Virus record (IMG/VR): IMGVR_UViG_3300028805_000047
Strand: one strand, 5' to 3'
Source of the DNA: a virus
Taxonomy: Duplodnaviria; Heunggongvirae; Uroviricota; Caudoviricetes
DNA length: 64,000 nt
Shown: positions 10,592-19,308 of the stretch, piece after piece
How the letters are laid out: every line of letters begins with the position of its first letter
How positions within the stretch are numbered: position 1 is the stretch's first letter
Made by a program: the position numbers and the translations under genes
The notes under the pieces: model-generated
The model's database searches: none
Seen by the model: the letters and a program-made list of their open reading frames with translations, nothing else
Told to the model about the DNA's origin: nothing

Positions 10592-10954
10592 ATGAAGACA
10601 AGTACACAAAACAAACAGCATAAACTGTTCTGCAACCTTGAAGTAGGCGATGTGATATATCATATGGTTTATAAATTTAATAATAAGGAATGGGTCTTGG
10701 ATGGATATAATAAGATCACAATCTCATCTTTCAATACGGGATCTATGACTAATTTTTCAGGGTTGAAGCAAAATATGCTGTATGACAATATTCCTGTAAT
10801 TCATGACACATATGGTATGGATAACTATGACTATGAAAAACATATTTGTTCATGGATTTCATTTTCAGGGAAATTATGCATATTCTCGACTTCAAGCCTG
10901 GAGGATTCGAAAGATGAAATAAATCAAATTTTGAAAAATAACAGCATGATGTAA
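10592..10954 (+). CDS. paralog family C, copy 3
   Basis: KLFCNLEVGD...DTYGMD...LCIFSTS. Confidence 0.8.
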   Translation: MKTSTQNKQHKLFCNLEVGDVIYHMVYKFNNKEWVLDGYNKITISSFNTGSMTNFSGLKQNMLYDNIPVIHDTYGMDNYDYEKHICSWISFSGKLCIFSTSSLEDSKDEINQILKNNSMM

Positions 10955-11040
10955 AAATTTTTCAAAATTTTGATCCAACTTTCAAAAAGTTGTATTATAT
11001 TTACCTCAACAAATTAATATTAACATTAAAATTAAACTGT
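10951..11040 (+). promoter_or_regulatory. conserved early promoter cassette, copy 5
   Basis: Near-identical repeat. Confidence 0.8.
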
Positions 11041-11041
11041 T

Positions 11042-11215
11042 ATGAAACAAGGATTGACAAAACGATATAGAAAATTTGGATGGGAGTTCTATGAGCTTCT
11101 TGACTGGCGCAGATCAGGAAAAGTTCGTAAAAGCTACAAAAAATCCTTTAACGGAAGAGCTAGAGCCAATGACAAGAAAGCTGTCAGAGATATTGTATTA
11201 TCTGAAATTTGCTGA
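11042..11215 (+). CDS. small basic protein (57 aa, absent from ORF track)
   Basis: ATG right after the cassette; MKQGLTKRYRKFGWEFYELLDWRRSGKVRKSYKKSFNGRARANDKKAVRDIVLSEIC*. Confidence 0.7.
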   Translation: MKQGLTKRYRKFGWEFYELLDWRRSGKVRKSYKKSFNGRARANDKKAVRDIVLSEIC

Positions 11216-11219
11216 CAGA

Positions 11220-11417
11220 ATGAATCAGGCTGATAACATATATGTAATGAGATATGTGAATCGTCACAGAAGTTGCAGTTGCTGCATATTCTACGGTCGT
11301 ACATATAAGGAATGTATGTTTAATCCTATAAACCCGCAGAAGATAGTGGGCAATGTAGCAATTCATACGATGTGTAAGAACTTTAAGTTTGACGGTAAGG
11401 TTTATATTAAAAATTGA
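11220..11417 (+). CDS. small Cys-rich protein
   Basis: ATG 4 nt after the previous stop; CxxC..C..C pattern. Confidence 0.65.
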   Translation: MNQADNIYVMRYVNRHRSCSCCIFYGRTYKECMFNPINPQKIVGNVAIHTMCKNFKFDGKVYIKN

Positions 11418-11422
11418 GCATT

Positions 11423-11752
11423 ATGACACAAGAAGAAAAACAATTGTTATTGAAAGACCTATGTGCAAGATTGCCTTATAAAGTTAACATTCAAGTCAAA
11501 GACTGGACAGTTTTGGAGGCAGAACTTAAAATTGGACATATCGACAGATTACAGCATGATGAAATAGAACTTAAGCCTTATCTCCGCTCGATGTCAAGTA
11601 TGACTGATGAAGAGAAGAAAGAATATTTTGATGTTGCATCAGTAAGCAATCATTGTGCTGCTGTTGATTGGCTCAATTCTCATCACTTTGACTATCGAGG
11701 TTTGATTCCGATTGGTTTGGCATTGGAAGCTCCAAAAGATATGTATGTATAA
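11423..11752 (+). CDS. paralog family A, copy 2
   Basis: MTQEEKQLLLKDLCARLPY...GLALEAP. Confidence 0.85.
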   Translation: MTQEEKQLLLKDLCARLPYKVNIQVKDWTVLEAELKIGHIDRLQHDEIELKPYLRSMSSMTDEEKKEYFDVASVSNHCAAVDWLNSHHFDYRGLIPIGLALEAPKDMYV

Positions 11753-11772
11753 AATGGATTAAAAACAAAGAT

Positions 11773-12144
11773 ATGGAGATAAAACACACAAGTACGTATA
11801 AAATAACGTCCTATAACGGAATGTCAGATATTGACATATTCGAGATAGAATGCAACCTGGAGCAACATGAAAACGGTTATTGCACTGAGATTCATGTTAC
11901 GTCCCATATAGGGAATATCATCACATATACCTCTGAAAAACAAGCAGCAGGTGAATTTGATATGGATTCCTTCTGTAAAGATACAGACGCTATAAATGAA
12001 TTACGTAGCTGGCTTTGGGAATGCCATGATAACAAACCTACAGATTCTAAGTCTGTAGAGCTTCGTCATAAGACGCTATTAGACGAGCTTGACAATATTG
12101 TAGATGAATATTGCAAAAAGTATGGATTTGATTATGATTTATAA
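11773..12144 (+). CDS. hypothetical protein
   Basis: ORF in array. Confidence 0.75.
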   Translation: MEIKHTSTYKITSYNGMSDIDIFEIECNLEQHENGYCTEIHVTSHIGNIITYTSEKQAAGEFDMDSFCKDTDAINELRSWLWECHDNKPTDSKSVELRHKTLLDELDNIVDEYCKKYGFDYDL

Positions 12145-12155
12145 CTTATAAGATT

Positions 12156-12593
12156 ATGACTCAAGAAGAAAAACAATTGTTATTGAAAGACCTATGTGCA
12201 AGATTGCCATATGGTGTTAAAGCTACAACTACATCTAATGGATGGAAGGATGTTTATATCGTGTCCGGATATAATAACGATAGAATTTATCTGGATTGTC
12301 CAATCTATGATGAAGGTGATGATGAATGGTTGATTGAATCCGTAAAGCCTTATCTCCGTTCGATGTCAAGCCTTACTGATGAAGAGAAAGATGAGTTTGA
12401 TTCATTATGGAATGATGGTTTTGGTGAAGCACTTGATGCCCAGCTTAACGGACAAAATGACTTATCTGTAAAAACATTAGAGATAACAGCATCATATAAA
12501 TCTATTCAATGGCTTCTTGAACATCATTTCGACTTCATGGGTTTAATCCAAAAGGGTCTTGCATTAGAAGCACCTGAAGGAATGTATAACTAA
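12156..12593 (+). CDS. paralog family A, copy 3
   Basis: Same conserved blocks. Confidence 0.85.
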   Translation: MTQEEKQLLLKDLCARLPYGVKATTTSNGWKDVYIVSGYNNDRIYLDCPIYDEGDDEWLIESVKPYLRSMSSLTDEEKDEFDSLWNDGFGEALDAQLNGQNDLSVKTLEITASYKSIQWLLEHHFDFMGLIQKGLALEAPEGMYN

Positions 12594-12604
12594 AATTTAC
12601 AAAA

Positions 12605-12706
12605 ATGTCTTATAAATATTTTCCTATTGAATTTTCTTCTTATGAAGAATATATCAAATACCTTAAAGAAAAAGGACTTGCTCTTGAAGCACTTAAAGGA
12701 ATGTAA
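12605..12706 (+). CDS. micro-ORF with family A C-terminal motif (33 aa)
   Basis: MSYKYFPIEFSSYEEYIKYLKEKGLALEALKGM*; near-identical to 14587..14700. Confidence 0.5.
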   Translation: MSYKYFPIEFSSYEEYIKYLKEKGLALEALKGM

Positions 12707-12724
12707 TTTTAAACAATTAAAATT

Positions 12725-13504
12725 ATGACTCAAGTAGAATTAAATGCTGTAATTGAAAGACATAAACATTGGTTAAATCAGGACTGTAATGGATGGGAAG
12801 ACATGTGTGCTGATTTAAGAGATGCTAATTTAAAATGCCTCGATTTGAAATATGCCAATTTAAGTAAAGCTGATTTAAGCAACGCTAATTTGAGTAAAGC
12901 AAATTTGTGTTATGCCGATTTAAGCGAAGCAAATTTGAGTAAAGCAAATTTGATAGAAGCCAATTTAATCGGGGCAAATTTAAATGGAGCAGATTTAAAG
13001 AACGCCTATTTGAATTATGCTCTTCTAAAGGGTGCAGATTTGGCAGGAGCCAATTTAAAAGGATCTTATTTACAGTATGCAATTTTAAGTAATACAAGAC
13101 TGATTAGAGCCAATTTGGACGGTGCAGATTTGGAGTATGCAAATTTGTGTGAAGCTGATTTAGATGATTCTGAAAAATGTCGTCAAGGTATGATTCTAAC
13201 TGAATCATTAAAAGGCTACAAGAAAACAGCTGAAGACAATGTTATAGAGCTTGAGATACCTGAAGGCGCAATTGTGTTCTCTATCAATAATAATAACTGC
13301 CGCACTAATAAGGCAATTGTAAAGAAATGTGAAGGCATCCAGCATTCGTGGTTTAATTCAAGTTTTGAATATAAGGAGGGAGATGTAATCGAGGTCAAGG
13401 AATTTAATATGCAATACAATGCCGAATGCGTTGAAGGCATTCATTTCTTTCGAACGAAGGAGGAAGCTGAAAAATATAAAATAGATGATATTGACGTAAT
13501 GTAA
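12725..13504 (+). CDS. pentapeptide repeat protein (A(D/N)Lxx) with DUF5758-like C-terminal domain
   Basis: >20 ANLSK/ADL repeats; C-terminal CRTNKA...GIHFF. Confidence 0.9.
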   Translation: MTQVELNAVIERHKHWLNQDCNGWEDMCADLRDANLKCLDLKYANLSKADLSNANLSKANLCYADLSEANLSKANLIEANLIGANLNGADLKNAYLNYALLKGADLAGANLKGSYLQYAILSNTRLIRANLDGADLEYANLCEADLDDSEKCRQGMILTESLKGYKKTAEDNVIELEIPEGAIVFSINNNNCRTNKAIVKKCEGIQHSWFNSSFEYKEGDVIEVKEFNMQYNAECVEGIHFFRTKEEAEKYKIDDIDVM

Positions 13505-13551
13505 AGGAATGTATAACAATTAAATAAAAATAATTAAAAATCATTATAAGT

Positions 13552-13929
13552 ATGGAAAATATACAGGAAATAACAGGGATGTTTGAAAACGGATTTTATG
13601 TTAACACCGAAGTGACAAAATTTATCGGTGCAATATTGGATGCACCTGGAAATTTGATAGGTATTGGTGAACTAAAGGAACCGATAACTATCGACCGTAA
13701 TCTATGTATTAAAATTTCGAGATTGCTTGATATAAATACCGATATATCTGACTCTCCTATAAAAGATAAATGTTTTTATGTGAACATAGGACTTTTAAAT
13801 TTCATTTATCGTGTTTTGAAAGTAGGTCTTGAAATGATACAAACTACTGACACGATGTTAAAGAAGGTTTATTTACTTAAAGTATTCGAACATCCTCTTA
13901 TATGCTCGATAATAACAAAGGAGGAATAA
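13552..13929 (+). CDS. hypothetical protein
   Basis: ORF in array. Confidence 0.7.
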   Translation: MENIQEITGMFENGFYVNTEVTKFIGAILDAPGNLIGIGELKEPITIDRNLCIKISRLLDINTDISDSPIKDKCFYVNIGLLNFIYRVLKVGLEMIQTTDTMLKKVYLLKVFEHPLICSIITKEE

Positions 13930-13932
13930 ATT

Positions 13933-14120
13933 ATGAGAAACATATGTTGTGATTGTAAACATTGTAAGATAGTACCTGTAAACAGCATTTAGCAAGGTAT
14001 TGTAAAAATGATCTTTCAAAAAATACGTTTTAGATATAATTGATTATCTCGAATGCAGTAATGACCTGATATGAAAATGTAAGGATTTCAAACTTGCTCT
14101 TACTACAAGAATTTAATAAT
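13933..14120 (+). pseudogene. probable decayed small Cys-rich gene
   Basis: ATG MRNICCDCKHCK then early TAG; occupies a gene-sized gap. Confidence 0.3.
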
Positions 14121-14143
14121 TTTTCATATTTAAAATTGAAATT

Positions 14144-14575
14144 ATGACTCAAGAAGAAAAACAATTATTATTAAGGGACCTTTCAGCGAGGCTGCCGTAT
14201 GGTATAATGTTTCAATATCAAACAGGTAGTTTTAATTCAACAGGAACAAGTGATTATTTTCCAATGGTTGGAATAGTTCAGAATGCTGTTGTCCTTGATA
14301 TAAAGAACAGGGGATTATTCAATTTATCTTTAGAAGATAGTCAATGCAAACCATACTTGCGTCTAATGTCAAGTATGACAGATAAAGAGAAGAAGGTATA
14401 TAGAAGTTTACAGGATAAAATAACTGTACAATGTGATAATCTTGACCAACCAATTGGTTATACATATGTACAAACTATTAAATCAATTGACTGGCTTAAT
14501 AAAAAGATGTTCGACTATCTAGGGCTTATTGAAAAGGGTCTTGCATTGCAAGCTCCTGACGATATGTATAATTAA
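14144..14575 (+). CDS. paralog family A, copy 4
   Basis: Same conserved blocks. Confidence 0.85.
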   Translation: MTQEEKQLLLRDLSARLPYGIMFQYQTGSFNSTGTSDYFPMVGIVQNAVVLDIKNRGLFNLSLEDSQCKPYLRLMSSMTDKEKKVYRSLQDKITVQCDNLDQPIGYTYVQTIKSIDWLNKKMFDYLGLIEKGLALQAPDDMYN

Positions 14576-14586
14576 AATTTACAAAA

Positions 14587-14700
14587 ATGTCTTACAAATA
14601 TTTTCCTATTGAATTTTCTTCTTATGAAGAATATATCAAATACCTTAAAGAAAAAGGACTTGCTCTTGAAGCATCAGAAGGTATGTACAATTTTAAATAA
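14587..14700 (+). CDS. micro-ORF with family A C-terminal motif (37 aa)
   Basis: MSYKYFPIEFSSYEEYIKYLKEKGLALEASEGMYNFK*. Confidence 0.5.
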   Translation: MSYKYFPIEFSSYEEYIKYLKEKGLALEASEGMYNFK

Positions 14701-14708
14701 TCAAACAA

Positions 14709-14906
14709 ATGATAATAGAATACAAGAATCAATGGTCTACTACACAATGTCCGCACGCGGATTTTTTGTTGCGAGTAGGTAGTGAGTGGTGTAGTAAATG
14801 TAAGTATAACAAACTTACAAGAACAGATATTTTTGGTGATGGTTACGTTGACTGCACCTGTCCAGATGATAAGAAATTTGAAAATTTACAAGAGAAAGAT
14901 GCCTGA
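14709..14906 (+). CDS. small Cys-rich protein
   Basis: CP...VGSxxCxxC...C. Confidence 0.7.
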   Translation: MIIEYKNQWSTTQCPHADFLLRVGSEWCSKCKYNKLTRTDIFGDGYVDCTCPDDKKFENLQEKDA

Positions 14907-14939
14907 AGACAATTATAATCTTAATAAACAATTACAATT

Positions 14940-15413
14940 ATGACAAACGAAGAACAAGAATTGCTGATTAAAGACTTATGTGCACGTCTTCCATATGGAA
15001 TACAAGGAATATCTTCATGGGGAGAAGTGTCGTCATTAGTTACAATAGGTGAAGAAGAATGGGATATTTTAACTTCGCTTAATTATGATATAGTAAAACA
15101 CGGATGGAGACCTTATCTACGTTCGATGGAAACTATGACTGAGGAAGATTTAATTTCCTATGCCAAATATGACTTTGCTGATGACGATATTTATAAGATA
15201 GTTGACTTCCGCTGTACAGGAAAGAGCTTCATAAATATTTACTGTTCATTAGTGCGTGATCCAGAACATTATCCCGTAATTTTTCAAAGGACAAAAACTT
15301 CACCATTGGAAAATTGGCGAGGAATTGATTGGCTTAATGCACATCACTTCGACTATCGTGGACTTATTAAAAAAGGCCTTGCCTTTGAAGCTCCTGAAGG
15401 GATATATAATTAA
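14940..15413 (+). CDS. paralog family A, copy 5
   Basis: Same conserved blocks. Confidence 0.85.
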   Translation: MTNEEQELLIKDLCARLPYGIQGISSWGEVSSLVTIGEEEWDILTSLNYDIVKHGWRPYLRSMETMTEEDLISYAKYDFADDDIYKIVDFRCTGKSFINIYCSLVRDPEHYPVIFQRTKTSPLENWRGIDWLNAHHFDYRGLIKKGLAFEAPEGIYN

Positions 15414-15419
15414 AAATTA

Positions 15420-15500
15420 TAAAATTTTTTCAAAATTTTGATCCACATTTAAAAATGTTGTATTATATTTACCTCAGAAAATAATATTAACATTAACATT
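15420..15500 (+). promoter_or_regulatory. conserved early promoter cassette, copy 6
   Basis: Slightly diverged repeat retaining TTTGATCC and GTATTATATTTACCTCA. Confidence 0.75.
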
Positions 15501-15507
15501 AAGGATT

Positions 15508-15717
15508 ATGAAACAGAAAATTAAAGAGCTTAACAAGGAAATCAGAAATCTCAAGCGTGCTAGAGGTGCTTTAAAAATTCTAAAGTATGGTGCTTGGGGT
15601 GGTACACCGTTTATAGAGGACAAAACCTTCATGAACACTATAAAAAACCTTGACCGGAAATTTGTTGATGAAATTAATGAACATCAACAAGAAATCGATG
15701 AAATCAAAGTAAAATGA
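15508..15717 (+). CDS. hypothetical protein
   Basis: ORF after cassette. Confidence 0.7.
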   Translation: MKQKIKELNKEIRNLKRARGALKILKYGAWGGTPFIEDKTFMNTIKNLDRKFVDEINEHQQEIDEIKVK

Positions 15718-15750
15718 ATCATTAAATATAAACTTTTAAATACTTATATT

Positions 15751-16125
15751 ATGGAATTCCCTAAAGAACTATTCGGCAAAGCATGGATAATCAATGGAAA
15801 GGGTGCGATTTTAGAATCTAAAATTACAGGAGCCTATGCTAAACAAATCAATGCATTGAAAATTGGCTACAATGGCAACAGTGCGGTTGTAACGTCAGAA
15901 CGTTCTTTTACATATAAAGAAGATACCGGATTCTGGGTATATTATGATGAAGTCCTTGTTTTTGAACTTGAATCTGATAAGGTAAGAAACCTGATAAATG
16001 ACCGTATAATTGAATACACAAAGAAATCTGAAGAAGACTATCGTGATGCATTTGACGAATACATGAAACGTATGAAGACTGTCTGCGTAATTCAGGAATC
16101 GAATAATAAATTCTTAAATAAGTAA
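15751..16125 (+). CDS. hypothetical protein
   Basis: ORF in array. Confidence 0.7.
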   Translation: MEFPKELFGKAWIINGKGAILESKITGAYAKQINALKIGYNGNSAVVTSERSFTYKEDTGFWVYYDEVLVFELESDKVRNLINDRIIEYTKKSEEDYRDAFDEYMKRMKTVCVIQESNNKFLNK

Positions 16126-16129
16126 AGCT

Positions 16130-16357
16130 ATGGATTGGATACTGCAGAAAGACAAAGACATAATGTCAGAACTAAGCTGGAAAACATCTTACTTCGAGCT
16201 TGAAATGAAAGATGGATGTATTGTCAAAGCTTGGGGATTCACCGATGAAAATGGAGAAGGGGAAATCAGTGCGTATCTCGAAGAGCTTGAGACTTGCGAA
16301 TATAACATTGTCGACACTGACAAAATAAAAAGATGGAGAATCATTGATGAAGGCTGA
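16130..16357 (+). CDS. hypothetical protein
   Basis: ORF in array. Confidence 0.7.
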   Translation: MDWILQKDKDIMSELSWKTSYFELEMKDGCIVKAWGFTDENGEGEISAYLEELETCEYNIVDTDKIKRWRIIDEG

Positions 16358-16646
16358 CATGGGAACTAATGCAAAAACTGTAGAGGAGAAAGCAATGGCA
16401 TATGATCGTGCCCTTGAAATAGCCAAAAAGAAGCAGATCTCAATAACAGATGACAAATTTCTAACAGAACTATTTCCAGAACTGAAGAAATCTGAACTGA
16501 AGGAATCTGAAGATGAGAGAATCAAACGGTTGCTTCTGAAGGGCTTTAAAAACTATGGTAGCAGGTCAGCGATATTTTCAGGTCTGTCATGTGGAGAAAT
16601 TATTGACTGGTTGGAGAAGCTGAAGTTCAAACGGATTAAAAAATAA
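16344..16646 (+). CDS. paralog family B, copy 2
   Basis: FPELKKSELKESEDERIK...IIDWLEK. Confidence 0.75.
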   Translation: MMKADMGTNAKTVEEKAMAYDRALEIAKKKQISITDDKFLTELFPELKKSELKESEDERIKRLLLKGFKNYGSRSAIFSGLSCGEIIDWLEKLKFKRIKK

Positions 16647-16680
16647 TATTAACATTTAACATTAAAATTATATAAAAACC

Positions 16681-17211
16681 ATGGTTACAGATTTACAGAA
16701 CGAGTCAATAAAAGCTTTGACAAATATCAGGATGAAGAATGACAGAATCAAGGAGCTTCAAACAATGATTGACATTCTGAACACAGGTAATTTGTTTGAG
16801 CATTCAGAATCCAATGATGTCGAAATCACGAACATCAGAAACAGAATATCTGCATACAGGACCAACAACCTCAGCGAGTACAACTATCTTTTCAGGATTA
16901 ACAGGGATGTGGTTCCTCAAGTCACTGAGGAGTACAAAAAGATGAATTTCCTTAAACGGTTGTTTTTTAATAAGAAATTCGTTACAGGATTTACCATTGC
17001 CAAATACTGGCTGAGATTCCGTGAGTCAAGCAAATCATGGAAGAAAATAAAGGATATGGCGACATGTAACGAATATAACGAATATGTAAAGTATAGAAAG
17101 GTCAGAATCTGTCCACACTGTGGAATGCTGAGTTTTTATAAGGCTGAATATTCCAAATACGGATGCGACTACTGCGGGTATATGGAGGACAGAAGCTGTT
17201 TTAATGAATAA
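16681..17211 (+). CDS. hypothetical protein with C-terminal Zn ribbon
   Basis: CPHCG...CDYCG. Confidence 0.75.
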   Translation: MVTDLQNESIKALTNIRMKNDRIKELQTMIDILNTGNLFEHSESNDVEITNIRNRISAYRTNNLSEYNYLFRINRDVVPQVTEEYKKMNFLKRLFFNKKFVTGFTIAKYWLRFRESSKSWKKIKDMATCNEYNEYVKYRKVRICPHCGMLSFYKAEYSKYGCDYCGYMEDRSCFNE

Positions 17212-17222
17212 AAGGATTTAAT

Positions 17223-17747
17223 ATGAAACGACTGCCTACAAAGAAAGAAGCTCAAGAGCTGATTGACAAATGTGATTGGATTTGGACGGACCTCGACGCT
17301 GAAGTCAAGGGATGGAAGGTGTGTTCAAGAGTAAGGAATGCCTTCATCTTCATACCTGCATCAGGATACAAGGACACTGATGGAAAGATTGAGGACCGTT
17401 ACAAATCACTTCAGCTGCTTGTGAACAGCGAGAATGAATTCTACGAATCCTATATTATATGTCGTGAAGGTGGAAGGCCTGTCATTGTCGACGGAGTTAT
17501 GAATGGACGAAGTACTGTAAGACTTGTCAACCTAAAAAAGAGTCCGTCAAGCGTTGATCTTGGACTTTCTATTAATTGGGACATGACAAATATAGGAACA
17601 GACTATGTGTACCGTGACGGCGAATACATGTATTTAAGCGAATATTTCACACGTATGGAGTTTTCTAAAGATGAACAAGTAAAACAGACATCTTTGGACT
17701 TCATGCGTCCGACAGTAGACGAAAATGAATCAAAACAAGATAATTAA
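17223..17747 (+). CDS. Bacteroidetes FISUMP/DUF1566-like (C-type-lectin fold) domain protein, apparently circularly permuted
   Basis: RLPTKKEAQELIDKCDW..FIPASGY..VRLV followed by VDLGLSINW. Confidence 0.6.
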   Translation: MKRLPTKKEAQELIDKCDWIWTDLDAEVKGWKVCSRVRNAFIFIPASGYKDTDGKIEDRYKSLQLLVNSENEFYESYIICREGGRPVIVDGVMNGRSTVRLVNLKKSPSSVDLGLSINWDMTNIGTDYVYRDGEYMYLSEYFTRMEFSKDEQVKQTSLDFMRPTVDENESKQDN

Positions 17748-17784
17748 CATTATAATTAAAATAAAAGAACTAAATTATACAGCA

Positions 17785-18069
17785 ATGACAAAAGAAGAAT
17801 TCATACAAGGCGTTGAGAACATCGTAAAGTACAAAGGTGATGTAAGACAATATATCGAGGATCATTTCGATAAATTGGAATTTCCTTTCAGTCTTAACGA
17901 TTCCTTTGAAGGAACTGTAAATTCAAGTAATATCCGTGATTATTGGAAATACGGTGACACAGTAAGAGCGCAGTTTCATAATTTATGCAACATAGAGCTC
18001 ATAGGTAGCGAGCCTCTTCCATTCATTAATTGCGTATTCAGAAGGGATCAGCAGTATGGAAGCAAATAA
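17785..18069 (+). CDS. hypothetical protein
   Basis: ORF; ATG at 17785 preferred. Confidence 0.7.
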   Translation: MTKEEFIQGVENIVKYKGDVRQYIEDHFDKLEFPFSLNDSFEGTVNSSNIRDYWKYGDTVRAQFHNLCNIELIGSEPLPFINCVFRRDQQYGSK

Positions 18070-18307
18070 AAAAGAACGTTTTATGGTAAGGTTCATTACC
18101 GAATCTGGAACGCTTACATGCAAGGTCCTTAGACCTGTCATTTTCAAAATAGGCGAAGTTGCCAAAATGAAATATATTGACACAATAAAGAAAAAAATAC
18201 CTGCAGGTACTAGCGAGGTAGAACTTGCCAAGATTAAATCCAATATTATTAGAGGGATTGAAGAAGAACGTTCATGTCAGATTGTTGATATTACAGGCGT
18301 TTTCTAA
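18056..18307 (+). CDS. hypothetical protein
   Basis: ORF overlapping upstream gene. Confidence 0.7.
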   Translation: MEANKKERFMVRFITESGTLTCKVLRPVIFKIGEVAKMKYIDTIKKKIPAGTSEVELAKIKSNIIRGIEEERSCQIVDITGVF

Positions 18308-18319
18308 AATTGAACAGCT

Positions 18320-18946
18320 ATGGTTATTATTGACAAAATAAAGGACTTCTATGATTATCAGGTCTCTAAATGGGGACGTGATGAGAAAGTTGTTTATGAA
18401 CGTAATGGATGTATGCTTGCTGAAGACAACTTTTATAAGGCCTCAATAGGTGTTGAAGAATACATAAAGGATTATTTCTTCAGTTTGGACAGTTTAACGG
18501 CATGGACAGAGTTCCAAAAGCATATGTTGAAAAATAGAAGACCTATAAAGCAGCAGGCTGTCATACTTTGGACAGGCGACACCTTTTACATGAACATTGT
18601 TACAGCCAATTATGACGATAAAGGAAATATTACAACTGTCTGGGAGGAATATGATAAACAGAAGCATAAATATATAAGACCTGACAGGATTAAAAGGGAA
18701 AGTAATGCTCCGATAGTATGGGAAATTCGTCATATTCCATCTTTGAAAGTCAAGAAGTCGATAGAAAATCCGATTCTTGAAGGGACGAAATATGCAGGAA
18801 TTGTAAATTCAGAAAAGATGTGGCTTGATGTTTATTCATACATCAGTCATAACAATGAAAAACAAATTTCTGACACAAGGACTAATGACGAGAAAATCCT
18901 TTGTAACGGGTTTGACAGAAAAACAAGTTTTAGAAACATAAAGTAA
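18320..18946 (+). CDS. hypothetical phage protein
   Basis: 208-aa ORF; KDFYDY...GFDRKTSFR. Confidence 0.8.
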   Translation: MVIIDKIKDFYDYQVSKWGRDEKVVYERNGCMLAEDNFYKASIGVEEYIKDYFFSLDSLTAWTEFQKHMLKNRRPIKQQAVILWTGDTFYMNIVTANYDDKGNITTVWEEYDKQKHKYIRPDRIKRESNAPIVWEIRHIPSLKVKKSIENPILEGTKYAGIVNSEKMWLDVYSYISHNNEKQISDTRTNDEKILCNGFDRKTSFRNIK

Positions 18947-18985
18947 TGACGTTTTATAATTTATTAACTATAAATTTCAATTAAT

Positions 18986-19273
18986 ATGAAAAAATTCATT
19001 TCAATTCAGACAGCTGTTGATAATGCAGACAAAATGGACTGTCTTATTCCATCAGCGTTCTTAAGCGTATTTCCAAACAATTTTGGAATTAACCTTTGTA
19101 ATGTGAAAGGTTTTAATGTCGAGCTTCAAGATGACGGACAGTATAAATCGATTGAAGTTGTTTTCATACCTGCGACACCTAAAGAAATTTTACGGGAACA
19201 AGATCCTGAATGTCCCGTAGACTTCTCATATAACCTCAAGATGCTTGAAGAACAAGGTACTGATATTGAGTAA
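18986..19273 (+). CDS. hypothetical protein
   Basis: ORF in array. Confidence 0.7.
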   Translation: MKKFISIQTAVDNADKMDCLIPSAFLSVFPNNFGINLCNVKGFNVELQDDGQYKSIEVVFIPATPKEILREQDPECPVDFSYNLKMLEEQGTDIE

Positions 19274-19308
19274 CCGACAACTTAAAAATCTTGATAAAAT
19301 CATAAGGT

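Noticed and set aside
865..15500. Promoter cassette repeats as a CRISPR array
   Set aside because: Copies are 0.4-6 kb apart and separated by genes; no regular spacers and no cas genes
3784..17747. Diversity-generating retroelement acting on family A or the lectin-fold gene
   Set aside because: No reverse transcriptase in the window and no template/variable repeat pair differing specifically at adenines
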